DNA from: an uncultured archaeon
Lineage (GTDB): Archaea > Thermoproteota > Bathyarchaeia > Bathyarchaeales > Bathycorpusculaceae
Direction: 5' to 3'
DNA length: 64,000 nt
Assembly (NCBI GenBank): GCA_963782915.1
Contig: CAWALK010000019.1
Coordinates: forward strand, 1 to 64,000
The stretch's first letter is position 1. Every line of letters begins with the position of its first letter. The notes beneath the pieces were generated by a model. That model saw only the letters and a list, made by a program, of their open reading frames with translations. It made no database searches and had not been told where the DNA came from. Positions 55,002 through 64,000 of the stretch are shown in pieces. The translations under genes and the position numbers were made by a program.

Positions 55002-55131
55002 AAAAAACCATTGAGCAGCGCCGCCTTATATCGTCTCCGAATAATGCTCTTCAGCGTAGATTAGCAAGACGCTTAGTCTAGGGACACACGTGCCCTGATT
55101 AACGAACCGAAAAGCCAATGTAGCCAAAGCA

Positions 55132-55271
55132 CTGTTGCTTTGCCGAGGTACTCCCCTCCCCTATATATAGATTAAACCGTAAGTTCAACTCATGATTGCT
55201 TTTATCCGATATGAATCTGTATCGGATCGCATGATTTTTGAGTTATCCGATATGAAATAGTATCGGATAGC
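55132..55271 (-). repeat. Dispersed repeat A1 plus palindrome pair; right boundary of the Fic cassette
   Basis: Direct repeat of 52809-52951; palindromes at 55202-55229 and 55243-55270. Confidence 0.85.
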
Positions 55272-55592
55272 AAACCACCGCAACCCGCTCAATCGCTTAG
55301 GCTACTTCCAAGACATAAGAACATGGATACCTTGCCTAAACATGCAATATTCCGAAAACAAGGGAGTAACCGAAAAGCGCGTAGAGAGAGCTAATTTTAA
55401 TCCTCCATAAACAAGCTTATATGCCATAAAATAAACAAATATCGCCCAGCAACAATATACTGTATTCAAGATAAAGCACATAAGCAGCCGCTAAGAGACC
55501 ATCAAAAACGCTCAAAACGACGGCTGTTTCTTCGTTTTGTTTAAATATGAGTATTATGACTATGCATGTGCAAAAAGAAGGAATAATTTAGA

Positions 55593-56033
55593 ATGGGTTC
55601 CAAGTCACCAAGAGGCGAGTTTGCCGCAAGGCAATTAGCAAAGAAACGGAAGAACTTCCGTTGGCACGATAGGTACTTTAACCGACGCATGCTTATGCTC
55701 GACGAAAAAGTTGACCCCATGCAGGGCGCACCCCAAAGCCGGGGCATCGTTCTCGAGAAAGTAGGTGTCGAATCTAAACAGCCCAACAGCGCCATTCGCA
55801 AATGTGTCCGCACACAACTCATCAAAAACGGCAGAACCATCACCGCTTTCCTACCCGGAGACGGTGCACTCAACGTGGTTGATGAACACGACGAAGTAGT
55901 CGTGGAAGGCATCGGCGGTACAAGAGGCGGCGCTATGGGAGACATTCCAGGTGTTAGATGGAAGGTCGTTATGGTTAACGGCGTTTCACTTAACGAACTC
56001 GTCTACGGACGTAAACAGAAACCAGCAAGGTAA
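55593..56033 (+). CDS. rps12: 30S ribosomal protein uS12
   Basis: [33 protein letters not shown]. Confidence 0.98.
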   Translation: MGSKSPRGEFAARQLAKKRKNFRWHDRYFNRRMLMLDEKVDPMQGAPQSRGIVLEKVGVESKQPNSAIRKCVRTQLIKNGRTITAFLPGDGALNVVDEHDEVVVEGIGGTRGGAMGDIPGVRWKVVMVNGVSLNELVYGRKQKPAR

Positions 56034-56038
56034 TAATT

Positions 56039-56635
56039 ATGTCACAAACAACCACATCTGTAGCTACACCACAAGAAATCAAGCTCTTCCAAAAATGGAG
56101 CTTCAAAGACGTCACAGTAAAAGACATCGGACTACAAAGATACCTCAACTTAACACCCATGGTTGAACCCCACAGTATGGGACGCCATGAACACCAAAGA
56201 TTCCGCAAATCCAAAGTCAACATCGTCGAACGCTTAATCAACGGCATGATGCGCGGCGGCAAAAACGCAGGCAAAAAAGCCAAAGCAACAAACTTCGTCA
56301 AAGAAGCCTTCGAAATCATCAACACAAAATCAGGCAAAAACCCAATCGAAGTCCTCGTACAAGCAGTAGAGAACTGTGCACCATGCGAAGACACAACAAG
56401 AGTCAGCTACGGTGGAGTCGTCTATCACCTATCAGTCGACGTTGCACCACAACGCAGAATTGACCTCGCAATACGCCATATCACAGCAGGCGCAAAAGCA
56501 TCCTCAGCCAACACACCAAAAAGCATCCAAGAAACCATCGCCGACGAATTAACACTTGCAGCAGCCAAAGACATCAAATCCGCAGGCGTTGCTAAACGCA
56601 ACGAAATCGAAAGAGTTGCCCAATCAAGCAGATAA
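56039..56635 (+). CDS. rps7: 30S ribosomal protein uS7
   Basis: IVERLIN, NPIEVLV.AVEN, VDVAPQRRID, ERVAQSSR. Confidence 0.98.
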   Translation: MSQTTTSVATPQEIKLFQKWSFKDVTVKDIGLQRYLNLTPMVEPHSMGRHEHQRFRKSKVNIVERLINGMMRGGKNAGKKAKATNFVKEAFEIINTKSGKNPIEVLVQAVENCAPCEDTTRVSYGGVVYHLSVDVAPQRRIDLAIRHITAGAKASSANTPKSIQETIADELTLAAAKDIKSAGVAKRNEIERVAQSSR

Positions 56636-56686
56636 GCAACCAACCTTCCCCCTTAATATCAAAATTTTAATTTTTATTTATTTTTT

Positions 56687-56869
56687 TTAGGCATAGAGTT
56701 TACGCTCTCGATGAATCGTCTCAGCAACCAAACTCAAATCCTTAGCATAATCCATCAGAGCAGTCCGCAGCATCTCACTCTCACTAGTCCCCAGCCGCCT
56801 GGCTAATTCACATAAAATAGATTTCTGCTCTTTACTGAGCACTACCTTTACTACACATTTACGCGCCAT
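56687..56869 (-). CDS. CopG/RHH family protein
   Basis: VVKVVLS strand, LARRLGTSESEMLR.AL; GGAGAGGA SD. Confidence 0.7.
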   Translation of the reverse strand: MARKCVVKVVLSKEQKSILCELARRLGTSESEMLRTALMDYAKDLSLVAETIHRERKLYA

Positions 56870-57015
56870 CCTCTCCTCCCCTCTCCCACAATTTGCCTAT
56901 TCAAGAACCGACGAATAATATGCTATACCCAAAGGCAACCTACGCATCGAAGGCGTATATATGAAGATTCTTACCGCTTCAATAAGGCGATTTGAATCGT
57001 ACAACACAGCTACAA

Positions 57016-58206
57016 CTAGGCGATTTTCGCGTGAATCTCCACAATGTCGCCATCATCCAACACGAAGCTGGTGCCAACCTTTTTGGGGCTAAACGGCAGG
57101 CGCTTGGCCCAGACCATGGCAAACATGAAATTCATCAAGAGCTCCTTGTGGATGTTTTTGGCTAACTCGTTTATGGTAGCGCCTTTTCGCAGGGCAAAGG
57201 GGTGGTCACTGTGCGCTTTGGAACCGGGTTCTTTGGTGTAGATTCGAATGATTCCGAGTGATTCGAAGATTGCTTTTCCTAATTGTTCCATGCCAAGTTT
57301 ATTTTGACACGACATGGGCACTATGGGTAATTTGCCGTCTACGTGGGCTTTGAGGATCGCCAAGTTTTTTTGTGCACCCGGCAAATCCAGTTTGTTAGCA
57401 ACAATCACCGCAGGCTTGTAAATCGTGTTTTCGTAGATTGCGTCTTCCACATCGCTCAAGGCTACGGCGCCGCTGATGCGAACGATGGCATCGTTGATTC
57501 TATAGCTCCTCAAAAGCTCCTCAACATCACGCAAACTGCAATTAATCAATCTGCCCACAATAATGACTCTGAGCCGTGAACCAGCAGCGCGCCTCTCAAT
57601 ATCTACCCGTCCACCACTGGGCTTAGTTACAAGCAAGCGGGTCTTCTCCAACTCAGCCAAAATTAATTCTAATTGCTCAACGGGGTCACGGCCTAAATCA
57701 AGCATCAAAACTACGCCGTCAGCATTACGCGCCAACCCCAACGTAACGTTACCGCCCGCTTTACCCTCAGCTGCGCCTTCCATAACGGCGGGGGCTTCCA
57801 CAATCTGGAACTGAACATCCTTAAAACTCATGATGCCCGGCACAGGTTCATGGGTGCTAAAAGGCGTCGGAGTCACACGCACTTTACTGTTTGTGGTTGC
57901 ATTCATCAAGCAGCTTTTACCCACATTAGTCATGCCAACCAATGCAACCTGCGCTGAAGCGGCTTTTTCAATGAAAAGTTTGGGTCCACCGCTACTCTTG
58001 CCCGTGCCCATCCGCTTCTTTTTATCCAAGTCATCGCGGATAAGCGCGATTTTGCGGTTCATTTCACCGCGGAGCTTCATGGTGCCCTTGTGATGCGGAA
58101 CAAACTTTAGGAACTCTATCATCGCATCCATTTTTTCTTTGGGCGTACGGGCGGCTTCTACATCTTCCCATTTGTCCATTGCTTCAGGCGGCAAATTAGT
58201 TGGCAT
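57016..58206 (-). CDS. drg: DRG/OBG-family GTP-binding protein with TGS domain
   Basis: MPTNLP, PHHKGT, G.TNVGKS, TPFST, NKLD, IRIYTKEP, DGDIVEIH. Confidence 0.92.
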   Translation of the reverse strand: MPTNLPPEAMDKWEDVEAARTPKEKMDAMIEFLKFVPHHKGTMKLRGEMNRKIALIRDDLDKKKRMGTGKSSGGPKLFIEKAASAQVALVGMTNVGKSCLMNATTNSKVRVTPTPFSTHEPVPGIMSFKDVQFQIVEAPAVMEGAAEGKAGGNVTLGLARNADGVVLMLDLGRDPVEQLELILAELEKTRLLVTKPSGGRVDIERRAAGSRLRVIIVGRLINCSLRDVEELLRSYRINDAIVRISGAVALSDVEDAIYENTIYKPAVIVANKLDLPGAQKNLAILKAHVDGKLPIVPMSCQNKLGMEQLGKAIFESLGIIRIYTKEPGSKAHSDHPFALRKGATINELAKNIHKELLMNFMFAMVWAKRLPFSPKKVGTSFVLDDGDIVEIHAKIA

Positions 58207-58393
58207 GTAAACTTCGCTGATAGATACGCAGAATCGAGTTTAAGACTATTTCTACCGTTGTGGCATTGTTTTTGCCAGAATCGTTGGAGTCACTGTTTGT
58301 GGCATCGCTTTGTTACAACAAACCTGTAATAGGAGGACAAGCGATGAAGAGGTTGTACTTCCAAATTGTTATTTTGCGAGTCCGAACGAGTAA

Positions 58394-59663
58394 ATGAAAT
58401 TTTACGTGAAATCAGCAATAGTGCTATGCGTTATCTTAGTCTCTACGCTTTTCACCATCTCTGCCCTAGAATTCATCAACCCCACCTCAGCCTCAACAGC
58501 ACCCGCATTACATGTTTCAGGCAACCAAATCCTCGACACCAACGGCAACACCATTACACTCCGAGGCATAGGCCGCGCAGGCGACATAGAATCCGCCTCA
58601 GGCATGTGGTCAGGACCAGACCAAACCGTTTTTGCATGGGACCAAAAATGGTACCCCATAAGCAACAACATCGAATCGATGGATGCCACTTTCAAATGCT
58701 ACCAAGAAACCTGGAAAGCCAACATGATACGGGTCTTCGTCAACGTAAACTGGTACTGGCAAAACAACGTAACTGCAAGCATAGAAGACCCCAACAACTA
58801 CCCCGCTTGGACAACCCCAATTAGCTACCAAAACTACGTAACCACAGTTGTGTCGGAAGCAGCAAAATACGGCATATACGTCGATGTCTGCCCATATCAA
58901 TTAACCAGCGGCTATGAGAACGGCAACGGCGGAGGCGCACAAGGCTTGCCGCTTTGCGGCTGGGACGAAGCAGGCACAAGCTTCCTCGCAAGCACAAAAT
59001 TGTCCGAAAAAACTTTTTGGAGCCAATTCTGGACTCTTATGGCAAATAACCTCAAAGACTACCCCAACGCCATATTCGAAGCATGGAATGAACCCCAAAA
59101 CACCGGAACCGACCCCATAACCCCCGAATACCTAACACTACCTAACAACAATGTACAACGCCGTAAGAAATGTAACATCACAGAACCTGATTTTTATGCA
59201 ATGGAACGCTGGTTACATCCCCAACTACAACGACCTAAGCTGGTGCCAACAAATAAGCAACGCCATACCCAACGCCGCTAACTTAGTCTATACCACTCAC
59301 GCATATCGGCATTCACCCTACTTTAACTATCAATGGGAAACAACCTCTCCTAATGTGCAATCACAATTAACCCTCGCAATAGAAAGCATGGGCATAAAGG
59401 CTCCTCTGTTGATTAATGAAGCAGCCAGCTGCAAATCATACGTACCACCTTCAGATGTTCAGAACGAATTAGACTGGTGGACAGCACTAAACAATGCAAC
59501 CCGAAACTTGGGAATTGGGTTAACCGCCTACTACTGGATGTCTGATAATGACCTTGGACCCGTATTCGAGGGGGAAGCATTACTGACGGGATATTGGGTT
59601 AATGGCACGGCTTCACCTGTGCCTAACCAGCTGGGTGAAATCTTCCTCAAATACTCCAAGTAA
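58394..59663 (+). CDS. Secreted glycoside hydrolase family 5 (cellulase-like) (frameshift near 59135)
   Basis: Signal peptide, LHVSGNQILD.NG..ITLRG, FEAWNEP (acid/base), HAY, LINE (nucleophile), YYW. Confidence 0.85.
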
Positions 59664-59668
59664 TAGAA

Positions 59669-60655
59669 CTACAATAGCGTCTTTATTTGCGGTATCACTT
59701 TCTCCTTATAAAACCGGAAGAATTCCTCTTGATTAGGACCGATATTGTGTACTGATACTTTTTTGAAGCCAGCATCAAGATAGGTTTTGATTGCTTCCAG
59801 ATGCCTCTTGGGATCCGCTCCGCAAGCCACATCCACAGTCGCCTGCTCCTCCGTCACCAAAGAAGCAGTTGCCTCAAAAAACTTAGGCACCGGCAACTCC
59901 CGATCTAACTCCCCGGGTATCCCCGTTATAGGCCACTGCTTATGTGCAATCTTTTTCGCTTCAGCCTCAGTCGATGCAAAACAGGCGGTGGATTGGCAAT
60001 ACAGCGGCAAATTCTCGCCTGCCTCCTCCTTAAACTCTTTAATGAAGGCGCCGTTGGGTGTTGTGCTCATTAAGCCGTCGCCTATTTCACCCGCAGTTCT
60101 AGCCATCTTCGGACCCTCAGCCGCCACTATAACCGGTATAGGATTCTCTGGTAAAGTGTAGATTCTGGCGTTTTCCACAACATAGAAACTGCCATAGTAA
60201 CTGGTATTCTTACCCAGCCACAGTTCACGGATAATCTCCAACGCCTCCATTAGCATGTCACTTCGGATTTCATGCGGCGGCCACTTTGACCCTAAAATAT
60301 GTTCATTTAAGTTTTCGCCTGTGCCCACACCTAAGAAGAAACGGTCGGGCATCATCGAAGCCGCCGTCGCCGCTGCCTGCGCTATAATGGCTGGATGAAT
60401 ACGTGTGGTAGGGCAGGTGACGGCTGTACCTAACCGCAGTTTCTTGGTCGCATGTGCGATTCCGCCGATGGTTGCCCAAACAAAAGGGCTATTCCCTTCC
60501 TGGCTAGTCCAGGGATGATAATGATCAGAGATAGTGGCAAAAGTGAAGCCTGCATCCTCCGCCAACTGCGCATAACGTACTAAATCGTTGGGTCGATGCT
60601 CCTCAGACATCAAAGAGTACCCAAGCTCAACCTCGTCAGGGTCAACATCCTTCAT
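59669..60655 (-). CDS. F420-dependent LLM-class oxidoreductase (TIGR03557-like)
   Basis: SEEH.P, SDHYHPW, GTAVTCP, GVGTGENLNEH. Confidence 0.9.
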   Translation of the reverse strand: MKDVDPDEVELGYSLMSEEHRPNDLVRYAQLAEDAGFTFATISDHYHPWTSQEGNSPFVWATIGGIAHATKKLRLGTAVTCPTTRIHPAIIAQAAATAASMMPDRFFLGVGTGENLNEHILGSKWPPHEIRSDMLMEALEIIRELWLGKNTSYYGSFYVVENARIYTLPENPIPVIVAAEGPKMARTAGEIGDGLMSTTPNGAFIKEFKEEAGENLPLYCQSTACFASTEAEAKKIAHKQWPITGIPGELDRELPVPKFFEATASLVTEEQATVDVACGADPKRHLEAIKTYLDAGFKKVSVHNIGPNQEEFFRFYKEKVIPQIKTLL

Positions 60656-60861
60656 TTTAACATGAGACAACCCAAAAACACCATCCATACTGGGCTAAAA
60701 AGCGCGATATAAACAATGGTTTATGTGCTCTCACAATCACATCGCTATGGGCTAAGAGAGTTATGCTTTCACTCTTTAGTGGGTATGGTGGCACAGTCAC
60801 AAAATAATATATGCTCGGTTAGGCTGCTAGAACCTGATTTTTAGGCAGGTGAAAAAACTAG

Positions 60862-61998
60862 ATGAAATTATCATTAAAATTAGCCTTATCACTATGTATA
60901 TTATCCCTCTGCTTATCCCTCTCAGCGGTGTCTGCACAAACCGCTAACATCAACAGCGTAAATAGCCCAACCTCAACCAACCTAAATGCAGTCTGCATCG
61001 TAAACAACGTCACCAGCAGCGGCAACGATCTTACAAAGCTTAACGCTTGGGCAGTCGGCGACAGCGGAACCATTGTACAATGGAATGGAAACTCATGGAC
61101 AACCGTGAATAGCCCCACCACGATGAACCTCTACTCAGTAGTGTTTACCACTGCAACAGACGGCTGGGCAGTAGGCGGTAGCAGCAGCCAAGGCATCATC
61201 CTCCACTACAACGGCACATGGAGCGAATGGACACGAATCAGCTTCACCGGATTCACAGACAAATTCGACACAGTCAACGACACCCTCTACGGAGTAACCG
61301 TTGATACCAACGGCAATAATGGCTGGATTGTAGGCGCAGGCGGAGTGACACTCAACTGGAACGGAGATACCTGGTTCGGTTTAATGGGTTCCTCTCCTAA
61401 TACCATGCGAGGTGTTGCTATGATTCACGACTCAGCAGAAGCATGGGCAGTCGGAGATGCAGGCGCAATCATGCATTGGACCGGAACCGCATGGGAATCC
61501 ATGACAAGCCCCACAAACATGCCACTAAACACAATCCAAATGGTCAATGCCAACACTGGCTTTGCAGCAGGCGGCAGCAATAACCAAGGCACAGTACTCC
61601 AATTCAGTGGTTCATCATGGCAACCCGTTACGAGCTTCGTCTTCGGAGCCGGCGGAGCAACCGTTTCAACAGTTAACTCAACAATTTATTCAATGACTAT
61701 TGGAAACGCAACATCAGCATGGGCTTGTGGCAGCAACGGATTGGTAATGTACTGGACTGGCACTAACTGGGAATGCAACGCCAACATAGCATCCGGCAAC
61801 TTGAAAGGCATCTCAATGGTCCATGATTCTCTGATACAAGCGTGGGTTGTAGGTGACTCAGGTAAAATCATGGCTTTCAACGGCACAAGCTGGGTTCCAG
61901 AACTACCAATAATGGCAATACCTCTAATTCTGGCAGTAGGTTTGCTGGTTGCTGTCTTTGCGAAATCAAAGCTTTTCAAAAAACCCCTCATTCTTTAG
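60862..61998 (+). CDS. Secreted beta-propeller-like repeat protein with VPE-type C-terminal anchor
   Basis: Signal peptide; repeats WAVGD.G.I..W.G..W....SPT; C-terminal VPELP, TM helix and basic tail. Confidence 0.8.
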   Translation: MKLSLKLALSLCILSLCLSLSAVSAQTANINSVNSPTSTNLNAVCIVNNVTSSGNDLTKLNAWAVGDSGTIVQWNGNSWTTVNSPTTMNLYSVVFTTATDGWAVGGSSSQGIILHYNGTWSEWTRISFTGFTDKFDTVNDTLYGVTVDTNGNNGWIVGAGGVTLNWNGDTWFGLMGSSPNTMRGVAMIHDSAEAWAVGDAGAIMHWTGTAWESMTSPTNMPLNTIQMVNANTGFAAGGSNNQGTVLQFSGSSWQPVTSFVFGAGGATVSTVNSTIYSMTIGNATSAWACGSNGLVMYWTGTNWECNANIASGNLKGISMVHDSLIQAWVVGDSGKIMAFNGTSWVPELPIMAIPLILAVGLLVAVFAKSKLFKKPLIL

Positions 61999-62043
61999 AA
62001 TCTTTATCCCTTTTTTCCTTTTTTTGAGCATCGAGATAATTTT

Positions 62044-63381
62044 ATGCACAAGCCAACGTTCAATTCTGATTTTTTAGCGGTTACTTTAAGTGTTCTGGTA
62101 CAGATTCCTTTAGCCATCTTTTTAGGACACTACTACGACCAAACAATTTTTTTACAAACAGGCTACCTTGTAGGTTCAGGCTTAAACCCATATCAACCGC
62201 ACGCAATCACTGTATTTTCTAATCCATACCTAACAGGTGTTAACTCAATTATCGGGTACCCGCCGCCTTGGACGTTTCTCTTAGGATTAATTTACCGTTC
62301 AACATACGCCTTAACCCCGAACATTTTCCTCTACAACTTCGCCACAAAAATCCCCATCATCGCCGGCAACATCGCCCTAGCATACGCAACCAAAACCATC
62401 ATGGAACAACAAAACATGCCCCAGAAAGCAGTGCGTTTCGCATGGCTTTTTCTACTATTCAACCCCTTCACGCTATTAACCACGGCTGCTTGGGGAGAAT
62501 TCGACACAACAGTCGCCCTCCTATGCGTAGCAGGGCTTTATCTTCTAAGCAAAGGCAAACCTGCACAATCAGCCCTACTCTTAGGGCTAAGCTTTGTCCT
62601 AAAACCTATTTCACTACCCCTACTTGGATTACCCCTACTCTATTCTACCCCAAAAAACCGCCAAAAAAACGTCATAGTCACCATAATAATTGCTTCAGTA
62701 GCAGTTGGTCTTTGGTTATTGCCTTTCCCATTGGCAGGCTGGGCTGCACCCGCCTCACTTACTCAAGTGACCTCTTATTTTGGCATGGCTGGCGGTATGA
62801 CCGTCTTTAACGTTATCGATGTCTTCTGGAGAACATCAGCTATGCCTTCGGCAACGTGGTTTCTGGGTTACCTATGGATACCTGCATTGCTGGCTGGATA
62901 TTTTTGGGTTTACCGTAATCCACCAAAAACGCTGGTTTCTCTTTGCCGATGCGCGGTGGTTTTGCTGCTCGTGTTTTTTATTTCCCGCTCATGGCTATCC
63001 GAACAAAACATCAACTTACTCTTCCCATTCATGCTCATACTCGTCGGTTCAGGCACCCTCAAACCCAGAAGCGTGCATCTGACATGGATAATTGCGCTGG
63101 CTTTTCTTGTGCTAAACATGACTCTACCCCAGCTTCTCTTTCTGGTATATCCCCCGATTATTCCACTGAAAGAGGCGTTTGATATCAATTTTGGAGTTGC
63201 TAGGTTATCTGCCCGATTTGCGGTGACACTAGTGTGGTTTCTTGTAGCTTCAGGCATACTGCTTAAAGTCACAGCTAAAAATCATCGGTTTACTACTAGA
63301 AAGAGCCTTAACAATGAATCACCATTAACCTATCGTGGCTCAACAGCAGCCCGCGGCTTTTTTGATGAGGTTCAAACTTGA
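62044..63381 (+). CDS. Polytopic GT-C-fold glycosyltransferase (GT87/PIG-M-like)
   Basis: GHYYD, GYPPPW, LFNP....AAWGEFD, K.....P; about 11 TM helices. Confidence 0.72.
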   Translation: MHKPTFNSDFLAVTLSVLVQIPLAIFLGHYYDQTIFLQTGYLVGSGLNPYQPHAITVFSNPYLTGVNSIIGYPPPWTFLLGLIYRSTYALTPNIFLYNFATKIPIIAGNIALAYATKTIMEQQNMPQKAVRFAWLFLLFNPFTLLTTAAWGEFDTTVALLCVAGLYLLSKGKPAQSALLLGLSFVLKPISLPLLGLPLLYSTPKNRQKNVIVTIIIASVAVGLWLLPFPLAGWAAPASLTQVTSYFGMAGGMTVFNVIDVFWRTSAMPSATWFLGYLWIPALLAGYFWVYRNPPKTLVSLCRCAVVLLLVFFISRSWLSEQNINLLFPFMLILVGSGTLKPRSVHLTWIIALAFLVLNMTLPQLLFLVYPPIIPLKEAFDINFGVARLSARFAVTLVWFLVASGILLKVTAKNHRFTTRKSLNNESPLTYRGSTAARGFFDEVQT

Positions 63382-64000
63382 ATTCCCCACTTTATTCTTC
63401 GTCAATCAGTCTTCAAGAACCATACACCGTTCCATTAACTGACAGGTTATCTGTGCGGCTCTACAGGGATTGCCGCCCCAGCTGCCTCGAGACAGCGGCG
63501 CTGCAGAAGGGTCTTGTTTTGCTGCTTAATGGTAAAGAGTTGATTGAGGAGGGTGTCGGTTTTGGGGTTCCAGTGGTGAAGTATGCGGATAAAACATTCT
63601 TTTCCAGCACCGCTGAGGTGGCTCTGGAAAGAAGCGGCGCAGGCTACACCCTGACAAAGGCTTTTACCCTAGATACGGTTTCGATGAAAAAACTGGGCAA
63701 CAGCAGCTACATCGACGACAAAATCTATTCATCGCTTCGAAAAACCTTTCAGCTGCTCTACCTTAAACACGGAAAACTCAACCCTGTCTTTAACAAAGTG
63801 ATGGAAATCCGCAACCTATTCAACATAAAAACAGAGTTCCTCAACGTTAAACCAAGAGGCACAATAACAGTAACTTATAACTGCCAACCAAATAAAATCG
63901 ACATAAAGGCAGATTACTCGAATATTTCGCTTAACAGATGCCAAGAAGTCCTTCTGCTTAATGAACAGGGCTCCAGTATTTTCCAAGCATACACTGACAG
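63378..64000 (+). CDS. Hypothetical protein, truncated at the window end
   Basis: TTG overlapping the upstream stop; open frame containing LQKGLVL..ELIEEGVGFGVPVVKY. Confidence 0.65.
   Translation, partial: MNSPLYSSSISLQEPYTVPLTDRLSVRLYRDCRPSCLETAALQKGLVLLLNGKELIEEGVGFGVPVVKYADKTFFSSTAEVALERSGAGYTLTKAFTLDTVSMKKLGNSSYIDDKIYSSLRKTFQLLYLKHGKLNPVFNKVMEIRNLFNIKTEFLNVKPRGTITVTYNCQPNKIDIKADYSNISLNRCQEVLLLNEQGSSIFQAYTD

Noticed and set aside
55541-56643. Antisense ORFs over rps12/rps7 and other long genes
   Set aside because: Shadow ORFs of conserved genes, favoured by the strand-biased codon usage.

Overview
Chromosomal segment of an archaeon, most likely Bathyarchaeia. The assignment rests on the archaeal-type PheS/PheT, uS12/uS7, ATP-dependent ligase and Mch, an eL22-like ribosomal protein, and several NosD/beta-helix and PQQ-repeat surface proteins. 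It carries two tRNAs (Arg-TCG, Ile-GAT), a complete ahbA-D alternative haem operon, a mobB/citG/three-nucleotidyltransferase block near mch, two ABC exporters, two-component proteins, a membrane-anchored TIR protein, three toxin-antitoxin-like loci and a secreted GH5. About 20 genes, including essential ones (lig, pheT), are split by single-base frameshifts, so I read these as sequencing/assembly indels and give merged coordinates. The most unusual signal is non-coding. A dispersed, modular intergenic repeat family (CTATA(T/A)ATAAGGG(A)GGGG..AGCAA cores plus GTTGTTGTTG..CAACAACA hairpins, about 13 copies) sits beside accessory genes. Two long copies bracket a 2.3-kb Fic/TA cassette as direct repeats, each with two 28-bp 11-6-11 palindromes. 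All calls come from reading motifs by eye; no database searches were run.
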